Assembly (NCBI GenBank): GCA_020429915.1
Contig: JAGQKV010000002.1
Coordinates: 61 to 64,060 of the forward strand
Length of the DNA stretch: 64,000 nucleotides
Direction of reading: 5' to 3'
From: Candidatus Omnitrophota bacterium
GTDB taxonomy: Bacteria; Omnitrophota; Gorgyraeia; Zapsychrales; Zapsychraceae
A program made the position numbers and the translations under genes. The notes under the pieces are model-generated. The model was given only the letters and a program-made list of their open reading frames with translations, was not told the origin of the DNA and searched no databases. Of this stretch, positions 57,496-64,000 are shown piece after piece (the stretch's first letter is position 1; each line of letters starts with the position of its first letter).

Positions 57496-57996
57496 TCAAA
57501 GCTCCTTGACCATCGCAAAGTCATCCATCACAAACCCCTCCCCGATATCCTGCACCACCGATCCGGTGTTTTCAAATCCGCAGGCCTCGTAAAAGGCGAT
57601 CGTCTCTTTGTTATTCTTGTTGACGGTCAGATGAATTCGCTTGCAGCTCGCGTCGGCCGCCAGCTGTTGGATGTAGTCGAACGTCTGCCGTCCCAGGCCG
57701 CGGCCGCGCTGGCCTTCCAGCAGATATATTTTGCTTAAAAACAGCGAGTTGTCCCCCGAGTCCGTACGCAGTGAGAAATAACCGATGTAAATGTCATCAA
57801 GCTTGATGAGAAAATACGCGTACTGCTCCTCGATAATTTGTCTCCCGATGGCCTCGGCCGACTGGAAGTTTTCCAGCATATACCGGACCTGTTTCGGGCC
57901 GATGATCGGGACGTAGTGTTCTTGCCAGATATCGAAGGCCAGGCGTTCGCAGAGGCTGATGTGTTGCGGGGTGTTTACGGGAATAAATTTTAGCAT
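57496..57996 (-). CDS. GNAT family N-acetyltransferase
   Basis: LEGQRGRGLGRQTF (motif A Q/RxxGxG/A) and C-terminal YEACGF. Confidence 0.8.
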   Translation of the reverse strand: MLKFIPVNTPQHISLCERLAFDIWQEHYVPIIGPKQVRYMLENFQSAEAIGRQIIEEQYAYFLIKLDDIYIGYFSLRTDSGDNSLFLSKIYLLEGQRGRGLGRQTFDYIQQLAADASCKRIHLTVNKNNKETIAFYEACGFENTGSVVQDIGEGFVMDDFAMVKEL

Positions 57997-58092
57997 GGAG
58001 AAATTCTGGGATGCGTAGATAAAATGGCGGAAATCGGACGGCGATCAGCGAATGCTTCCGCATGAGATCAACGGTCAAGCAGTTCCTGGTTT

Positions 58093-58491
58093 CTACGGCA
58101 TGATTCCTGCTGAATTAGCACTTTTTTGCGAAACGATCCGGGCGCTGGAGCCGGTCTCGGCATTGACCTCGACCACCACCTCATCAATTTTCTCACCGCG
58201 CCGGTCGCCGACTTTATTGTCCAGCCCGGTGCGGAAAAAGACATGCCATATGTTGTCATCCGCCAGGAACTTGGCCTCGGCCACGTGCCATACCGAAACG
58301 TCCTGGTCCAGGCCGGTCAGGATCACATGCCGCTGGGCGAGCAGGACCGCCTCGTTGCGGTCGATCCCGTCACTGATGTTGACGGTCTTGGCCTTTGACA
58401 GCAACTGGTCATAGTTCATCACCGCCGTACATCCGACCAGCAGTACGGCGATCGTTAGCTTCGGCAGATATGGACGTGCCGGTTTCAACAT
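58093..58491 (-). CDS. Hypothetical lipoprotein
   Basis: MLKPARPYLPKLTIAVLLVGC (lipobox LVGC); 110 aa mature domain. Confidence 0.5.
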   Translation of the reverse strand: MLKPARPYLPKLTIAVLLVGCTAVMNYDQLLSKAKTVNISDGIDRNEAVLLAQRHVILTGLDQDVSVWHVAEAKFLADDNIWHVFFRTGLDNKVGDRRGEKIDEVVVEVNAETGSSARIVSQKSANSAGIMP

Positions 58492-58533
58492 GCGCTTATT
58501 ATAGCAAGTCGGAAAATTTTTCTGAAAGGAATT

Positions 58534-59091
58534 TTAAACGTTCAGATTGCGGGAACGTTCGGGCACGGGCTCGCCACCGGTCGCGGGCAGCGGCAGATCA
58601 AGCCGTCCGGCGCCGCTGATCTGAAGGAAACTGTTGAGTTCCAGGGTGTCGTAGGCAATATGCTGAGTGGCCAGCGTGCGCAGATTGGCCGGAAACAGCC
58701 CCAGCAGCGGGAACGTCTGACCGGCCTGGCGGACCACCAGCGGCGCCTCCTTTTCGTGCATCAGGAGCAGGTCATAGATCCGCGGATCGGCGGCATATTC
58801 CTGGCAGGGGGCAATCATGTAGAGATCGCCCAGATCGGAGTTGAGTATGGCCTCCAGCGCCCCCATCGGACCGCAATGGCTGTAATTATCGGGGACGTTT
58901 TTCAGGTGGCCGAGGCTGTCGGGGACGTCCTGGGCATGGCCGACCAACACGGTTTCCTGGCAGAAGGTGTCGATCGCATTGTAAATATTCTCAATGATGG
59001 TCAGGCCGTTGGGCTGCACAAGGCCGGCCTTGTGGCAGCCGGCGGTGCGGCCCTCGCCTCCGCACAGGATCGCTCCGATGATTTTAGACAT
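58534..59091 (-). CDS. MobA-like nucleotidyltransferase (molybdenum cofactor guanylyltransferase family)
   Basis: IIGAILCGGEGRTAG N-terminal NTP-transferase motif (compare MobA GxILAGGxxxRMG); 185 aa. Confidence 0.55.
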   Translation of the reverse strand: MSKIIGAILCGGEGRTAGCHKAGLVQPNGLTIIENIYNAIDTFCQETVLVGHAQDVPDSLGHLKNVPDNYSHCGPMGALEAILNSDLGDLYMIAPCQEYAADPRIYDLLLMHEKEAPLVVRQAGQTFPLLGLFPANLRTLATQHIAYDTLELNSFLQISGAGRLDLPLPATGGEPVPERSRNLNV

Positions 59092-59500
59092 GGACGGTGA
59101 TCTCGCTTTCTTTTAATTGGGAGTCGATTTTGCAGATATGGTTCACGATCCAGTCTTCGACCATATCGTGGATTTTCCAAGCCAGTTCGACGCTCTGTCC
59201 CTCCCGTTCGTAGCGTTCCATAAAATTACGGTAAGCATACAGGAAGTTGCGGTGGGCGCACTGATTGTCCGCCGCCGCAGGGCAGTTACGTTTGTACATG
59301 CAGTTTTCTTCGTATTGAAAGTGTTTGCGGGAGTAGTCGGCGAGAGAATGCAGGATATGCTCGATATCGATGTCGTCAGCTTTGTCGCGGAGTTGTTTTT
59401 CCAGAGCGTTGCAGAATCCAAATATCCATTGATGCTGATGATCGATTTCCCGGATTCCGATTTCGTATTTTCGATCCCAAGTCAACATGCGTGTGCGCAC
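59084..59500 (-). CDS. Hemerythrin-like metal-binding protein
   Basis: W...Y..GI.EIDHQH ... HF..EE ... H....DWI..HI pattern of bacteriohemerythrin His/Glu ligands. Confidence 0.7.
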   Translation of the reverse strand: MRTRMLTWDRKYEIGIREIDHQHQWIFGFCNALEKQLRDKADDIDIEHILHSLADYSRKHFQYEENCMYKRNCPAAADNQCAHRNFLYAYRNFMERYEREGQSVELAWKIHDMVEDWIVNHICKIDSQLKESEITVHV

Positions 59501-59631
59501 ATCCTCCTCAAGACTGTTAAACCGGTCGGCTGGTGCTGGGAAATACTGTAAAAGATTACTCTTTTACTGTAGCACAAATCTCAAAAGGTTCAACATTCTC
59601 GTGTACGGATGTGCGCGGCACGGGCGGGGCC

Positions 59632-60681
59632 TTACCACTCCAGGGCGCCGCCGGTCTGGTATTCGGTGACCCGGCTTTCGAAGAAGTTCTTTTCCTTTTT
59701 TAGGTCAATCACTTCGCTCATCCACGGGAACGGGTTGGATGATCCGTACATTTTGGGCAGGCGCAGCCGCTCGTAACGGCGGTCGGCCAGGTACTGGATG
59801 TACTCTTGAATGAGCTGCTGATTCAGTCCGAGAATCCCGTTGGGCAGACATTCCGCGATGTAGGCCTGTTCCAGCGATACCGCGCTCTTGATGAATTCCG
59901 TGATGTCGGCCTTGAAGGCTTCTTCCCACACCTGCGGATTTTCATCCACGATGGCGTTGATCAACTCGATGCCGAAGTTCATGTGGATGCTCTCATCGCG
60001 CAGGATGTATTGAATCTGTTCGCATGTGCCGGGCATATGATTGTGGCGGCCGAAGGACAGCATCGTCACAAAACCGCCGTAGAAAAAGATACCTTCGGTG
60101 ATCACGTAGAGCCCCACCAAATTCTTGATAAAGGTCTGCAGGCCCTCCTTGGTCTTCAGGTCGTCCGGGTTCATCTCGAGCACACTGCTGGTGCAACTCA
60201 TCGCGTGCGAGTCTTTTTCATAAATCGCCTCGACTTCGCGGTACATGTTGAACATTTCGCCCTCATCGAGCCCCAGCGACTGGACGATGTATTGGAAGGC
60301 GTGGACATGAATGGCCTCCTCGAAGGCCTGGCGCAGCAGGTATTGCCGGCATTCCGGATTGTCCACGCAGCGGTACACCGCCAGCACGAGATTGTTGCCG
60401 ACCAGCGTCTCGGCTGTTGCAAAGAATCCGAGAACCCGTTTGATGACGTGGCGCTCGTCCGCGGAGAAAATATTGGTTGCCTTCCACTGCTCAATGTCAC
60501 GCTGCATCGAAACTTCGGTGGGCATCCAATGATTGGCGCAGCCGTCGAGATAAAAATTCCACGCCCAACGGTATTTGATCGGGACCAGCTGGTTGCAGTC
60601 GACGGTGCGGTCGTTGTTGATAATTTTTTTGTCGTCAACGGTGATCCGCTGCTGGCTCATGCGGAATGTCGGTTCGGACAT
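59632..60681 (-). CDS. nrdB: Ribonucleoside-diphosphate reductase small subunit (class I R2)
   Basis: [36 protein letters not shown], diiron ligand spacing, and a C-terminal tail typical of R2. Confidence 0.9.
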   Translation of the reverse strand: MSEPTFRMSQQRITVDDKKIINNDRTVDCNQLVPIKYRWAWNFYLDGCANHWMPTEVSMQRDIEQWKATNIFSADERHVIKRVLGFFATAETLVGNNLVLAVYRCVDNPECRQYLLRQAFEEAIHVHAFQYIVQSLGLDEGEMFNMYREVEAIYEKDSHAMSCTSSVLEMNPDDLKTKEGLQTFIKNLVGLYVITEGIFFYGGFVTMLSFGRHNHMPGTCEQIQYILRDESIHMNFGIELINAIVDENPQVWEEAFKADITEFIKSAVSLEQAYIAECLPNGILGLNQQLIQEYIQYLADRRYERLRLPKMYGSSNPFPWMSEVIDLKKEKNFFESRVTEYQTGGALEW

Positions 60682-60719
60682 GCGTGGCTCCTTGTCTGGC
60701 GAATTAGTGGCGGTATGGT

Positions 60720-60896
60720 TTATTCCGTGGATATGCCGAGCGGATTGTCGGCGAAACGGCTGTTGAGCTCACGCTCGCACTGACGAACCGAGTACCGTAG
60801 CGATCCGATCAGCAGGCGGAGTTTTTCACTATCGAGTTTCTTGAGATTTTCCTGTTCAATGTTGAGGAGTTCCTGCAGAATTTTCAGTTTGATCAT
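60720..60896 (-). CDS. Small coiled-coil protein (58 aa)
   Basis: [29 protein letters not shown]... with a strong GGAGGGAG RBS. The track's longer N-terminal extension overlaps the radical-SAM gene and is Gly/Arg low-complexity. Confidence 0.35.
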   Translation of the reverse strand: MIKLKILQELLNIEQENLKKLDSEKLRLLIGSLRYSVRQCERELNSRFADNPLGISTE

Positions 60897-60919
60897 AATC
60901 GATTCTCCCTCCGTCCCGT

Positions 60920-61690
60920 TCAGCATTCCGGGACGGTATGTTGCGGTTCGCAGTTCACGTCTTCTTTGCGGGGCCGGTCGTAGACGGTCACCGCCGGCAT
61001 GCCGTGGAACAGTTCTTTTACCCGCGCGATTCCCTCCGGGGAGAGCGGGGTGGCCACCGAAGGGCGCAGCGGAGTGTTGATCTGGACTTCGTCCGGACCG
61101 ATGTCCCGCACCAGCCGGGCGATCGCCTCCGCGCAGTGCAGGTTCTCCGCTACGAACATCACCTGAATGGCCAGCGTCCCCCAATAGGCGCTTTGAAAGT
61201 TCCTCAATCCCGTCAGGGTCTGCTCAAAGCTGATGCCGTCAAGCGCCTGGTCGATCATCCGGAAACTGCGTTCGTCAAAGGCATCCAGTTTGGCGATGAC
61301 CAGGTCGGCCATGCCCACGTCGCGGCGGACGTCGTGCTGATAAAGCAACGTGCCGTTAGTGATCACGGCCGTTTCATACGATGTGTAGTCCTTGACGGCG
61401 CGGATCATGTCGCCGAGATTGGCGGCCAGTGTGGGCTCGCCGCGGCCGGAAAAGGTAATGTAGTCGATATCCAGCATCGCCGGCAGCATGCTCAGTTCAG
61501 TGCGGATGCGTTCGGTAGAGACATACACCGCGCGTTCATTCGTTAAGTGATGAGTATGTCCGAGTTGACAATAGATGCAGTCGAGATTGCAGATCTTGAC
61601 GGAATCCGAGAGTGGATCCACGCCGAGTGAGCGGCCGATCCGCCACGAGTCAAAAGGGCCGTAAAAGTACTGGCATGGCGATACTTTCAT
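60920..61690 (-). CDS. Radical SAM domain protein
   Basis: CNLDCIYC CxxxCxxC motif and GRGEPT glycine-rich SAM motif; 256 aa. Confidence 0.7.
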   Translation of the reverse strand: MKVSPCQYFYGPFDSWRIGRSLGVDPLSDSVKICNLDCIYCQLGHTHHLTNERAVYVSTERIRTELSMLPAMLDIDYITFSGRGEPTLAANLGDMIRAVKDYTSYETAVITNGTLLYQHDVRRDVGMADLVIAKLDAFDERSFRMIDQALDGISFEQTLTGLRNFQSAYWGTLAIQVMFVAENLHCAEAIARLVRDIGPDEVQINTPLRPSVATPLSPEGIARVKELFHGMPAVTVYDRPRKEDVNCEPQHTVPEC

Positions 61691-61737
61691 AACTGCATAA
61701 TAGCATGTCGTTATGTTTATTTAAAGGGATTATTTGA

Positions 61738-62130
61738 CTACACCAGGTCGGAGATCCGGGTGCTTTTCAGAAAGTCATAGTAGGCTTCGCGCACCGCCTT
61801 CCAGCGATGATGGATGACGCAGGGATTGCTGTCGGTGCAGCGTTTGAGGCCGAGCGCGCATTCGGACCACAGGGTGACATTGTCGATGGGTTCGACTATG
61901 TCGTAGAGGGTGATTTTGCTGGCCGGCCGCGCCAGGCGAAATCCACCGCCGGTCCCCTTTTGGGAGACCACCAGCCCGTGACTGGCCATGGATTGCAGCA
62001 TCTTGCCCAGGTAATTGCGCGGCGCCATGATGGATTGGGCGATGGCTCCCGCCCCCTGGTATTCGCCTTTTTCGAGTTTGGCCAACTCGATGAAGGCCTT
62101 GATGACTTGGGTACTCGTTTTACTCAGCAT
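61738..62130 (-). CDS. Rrf2 family transcriptional regulator (IscR/NsrR-like, Cys-ligated cluster type)
   Basis: N-terminal wHTH (ISQSIMAPRNYLGKMLQSMASHGLVVSQKGTGGGFRLA) plus three Cys (C..C.....C) in the C-terminal half. Confidence 0.8.
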   Translation of the reverse strand: MLSKTSTQVIKAFIELAKLEKGEYQGAGAIAQSIMAPRNYLGKMLQSMASHGLVVSQKGTGGGFRLARPASKITLYDIVEPIDNVTLWSECALGLKRCTDSNPCVIHHRWKAVREAYYDFLKSTRISDLV

Positions 62131-62345
62131 AAGGTTGTCATGGTTAAAATACTTGCTGATTCTAGCACAATTTTACGGCCGGGACGAAAAATTTCCGTAC
62201 CAATTGGCGGATGGGTCATTCGCGGAGGCTTCCCCGGCCGGCACCGACCCTCCGAAGCCGGGGAAATTGACATTGCGCCCGGTCTTATGGTGTGTTAATT
62301 TACTTCTATTATTACAAACTGTTTTCAACATTCTTGGTGTTTTCC

Positions 62346-63770
62346 ATGACGGAATCTCCCGCCGCTCCGCCTCCGGCGTCGAAAGAACGCTTAAACCGTT
62401 GGCTGATCGCGGTTTTTCTCATCGTCCTGATGGCCGGAACGTTTATCGTACGGCAGCGCAACATCATCGATACAAAGTACAGGTCGATTGATGAGTACGT
62501 GTATCACCGCATGGCGGTACAGGTCCAATGGGGTTGGGAAAATTATCACACCCAACCTTACGGTCACATACTGGCTGAAAAAGGCCGCGATGTGCCCGCG
62601 TATTTTTTCCAGCCGTTGTACAAGCATCCGCCGTTGTTTACGATGGCCAATCTGCTTTCCTACCAGATCTTCGGGATCACTCCCATGTCGCCGTTTTATG
62701 TAGCGCTGTGCTGCGGGCTGCTGATGATCCCGCTGGTGTATCATATCGGCGCCTTGGTTTATAACCGCCTGGTCGGTCTGGTCGCTGCCTTTATCATGGC
62801 CTTTGATCCGATCGGGATCATGGTGTCGCAAAAGATGTGGATGGATTCGATGATCGGTCTGCTGGCGGTAACCTCGCTTTACGCCTTCATTGTCGCCGTG
62901 CAAGAATCCCGGGGCAGGTATTTCATCACCGCCGGAATTATTAGCGGATTCGGGGCTCTGACCAAATATACGGGTGCCGTCGGTTCCGTCGTGATGGCCG
63001 CTTACGCCCTTCTTTTCGATCGGCAGTTGCTGCGCAACAAGTATTTCTGGCTGGCCATGATTATCCCGCTGCTGATGCTGATCCCGTGGCTGATATGGAA
63101 CCTGCAGGTGTTCGGTTGGGATTATTTCGGGATGCAGGTCGGGCTCCATTCCAGCGGCTCCCACGCGGGCAAATTCAAGCGCAATCTGCTGATTCTCGCT
63201 GGACTGGCGGTGATTGGGGCGGTCTTTTTTCTGCGTTATTACCCGGGCCTTAAGTCACGGCCCCAGTTCTGGACCAACCTGCGAATAGGTCTGGGCTGCG
63301 CGGCGGTCCTGCTCCTGTGGGAAAGTATTCTCAAGAGTTTTTACGTGGCGCATCTGCCTTTGACCAGCTGGACCGGCTCGACTTTTTACGGTGCCTCACC
63401 CGCGTTTTATTTAAACCGGCTCCTCGAGTGGAACCTGATCCATTTCTTCGCCCTTCTCGCCTTGTTCCTACCCACGGAGGAACTGTCGGCGGGAGAAAAG
63501 ATTTTGCGTCTCGGCTTAGTTCTGGTCCTGCTTATTTTCACAGCCTGGGGCGCCTTTCAGTGCCGCTACATCATCGCGGCCGTGCCGCTGGGCATCCTCA
63601 TCGGCACCAACCTCCTCTATGATCTGTGGAGGAATACGGAGTTGCTGGAGTCGCTGCCGGCGCGCATCGCCGGCCGTTCGGCGATTATCGTATTTGTTTA
63701 CATGATCATGGTGCGGATGCTTTTCATCAACCAGCACATCAGCTATACCAATAACATGTGCTATTTTTAA
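62346..63770 (+). CDS. GT-C family glycosyltransferase (ArnT/PMT, GT39/GT83-like)
   Basis: First periplasmic loop with IDEYVYHRMA (DE motif), many TM helices, ArnT-like topology. Start at MTESPAAPP (internal to the track ORF). Confidence 0.7.
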   Translation: MTESPAAPPPASKERLNRWLIAVFLIVLMAGTFIVRQRNIIDTKYRSIDEYVYHRMAVQVQWGWENYHTQPYGHILAEKGRDVPAYFFQPLYKHPPLFTMANLLSYQIFGITPMSPFYVALCCGLLMIPLVYHIGALVYNRLVGLVAAFIMAFDPIGIMVSQKMWMDSMIGLLAVTSLYAFIVAVQESRGRYFITAGIISGFGALTKYTGAVGSVVMAAYALLFDRQLLRNKYFWLAMIIPLLMLIPWLIWNLQVFGWDYFGMQVGLHSSGSHAGKFKRNLLILAGLAVIGAVFFLRYYPGLKSRPQFWTNLRIGLGCAAVLLLWESILKSFYVAHLPLTSWTGSTFYGASPAFYLNRLLEWNLIHFFALLALFLPTEELSAGEKILRLGLVLVLLIFTAWGAFQCRYIIAAVPLGILIGTNLLYDLWRNTELLESLPARIAGRSAIIVFVYMIMVRMLFINQHISYTNNMCYF

Positions 63771-63786
63771 CGGGGGCGTGCGGTTT

Positions 63787-64000
63787 ATGTTTCCAAGAAC
63801 TTTACTGCGTCCGTTGATTGCGGTCGGTCTTATTTTATTGATGGCCGGGGCCTTTGCCGTCCGGCAGGAAAGCATCCTGCAGTCGCGCATCCATTCCATT
63901 GACGAGATAGTCTATTTCCGTATGGCCATGCAGGTCAGGAAAGGTTGGCAACACTATCACACGATGCCGTATGGACGCGAGCTGGCCGACAGGGGCCGCG
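63787..64000 (+). CDS. Second GT-C glycosyltransferase paralog, 5' part only (runs off right edge)
   Basis: MFPRTLLRPLIAVGLILLMAGAFAVRQESILQSRIHSIDEIVYFRMAMQVRKGWQHYHTMPYG is clearly paralogous to the N-terminus of the preceding gene. Confidence 0.6.
   Translation, partial: MFPRTLLRPLIAVGLILLMAGAFAVRQESILQSRIHSIDEIVYFRMAMQVRKGWQHYHTMPYGRELADRGR

Noticed and set aside
1-64000. CRISPR arrays, rRNA genes, transposases, integrases, prophage genes
   Set aside because: None found. The only repeat arrays are the coding triplet repeats at 1..1000 and the short dispersed TTCGAATATCGAA elements, which lack CRISPR-like regular unique spacers.

Overview
This is a ~58-60% GC bacterial chromosomal window, densely coding and mostly on the minus strand. 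I found no rRNA, CRISPR array, transposase or integrase. The dominant feature is one uninterrupted 15.4 kb minus-strand gene (24197..39607; most likely start at 39475). It encodes a ~5,100 aa protein with an N-terminal signal peptide, about three diverged ~110 aa tandem repeats, long helical regions, two predicted transmembrane helices, and two tandem internally duplicated Glu/Leu/Phe/Val-type amino-acid dehydrogenase modules. I take this to be the candidate undescribed system. Other content: a truncated, highly repetitive Gly/Pro-triplet gene at the left edge whose coding strand is ambiguous; slyX and hpf; an S1 serine protease with a zinc ribbon and a YbjN-like domain; a MORN plus ankyrin repeat protein and several MORN (YwqK-family) paralogs, one a pseudogene with two in-frame stops; valS; a Thr/Ile biosynthesis operon (pilZ-hom-thrC-coaB-like-apgM-like-lysC-cimA) lacking canonical thrB; a tRNA-Pro; a DUF1016-N/SNase fusion nuclease divergent from the giant gene; gpsA; a glycosylation-type membrane cluster; a tRNA-Thr/Tyr/Gly cluster; recN; pfk; mgtE; nrdB with a radical-SAM gene and an Rrf2 regulator; and tandem GT39-like paralogs at the right edge. 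A TTCGAATATCGAA-containing intergenic repeat family recurs in four intergenic regions. A 12-nt motif (CACACTAGGACA) sits at the same distance upstream of -10 boxes of recN and the nuclease gene.
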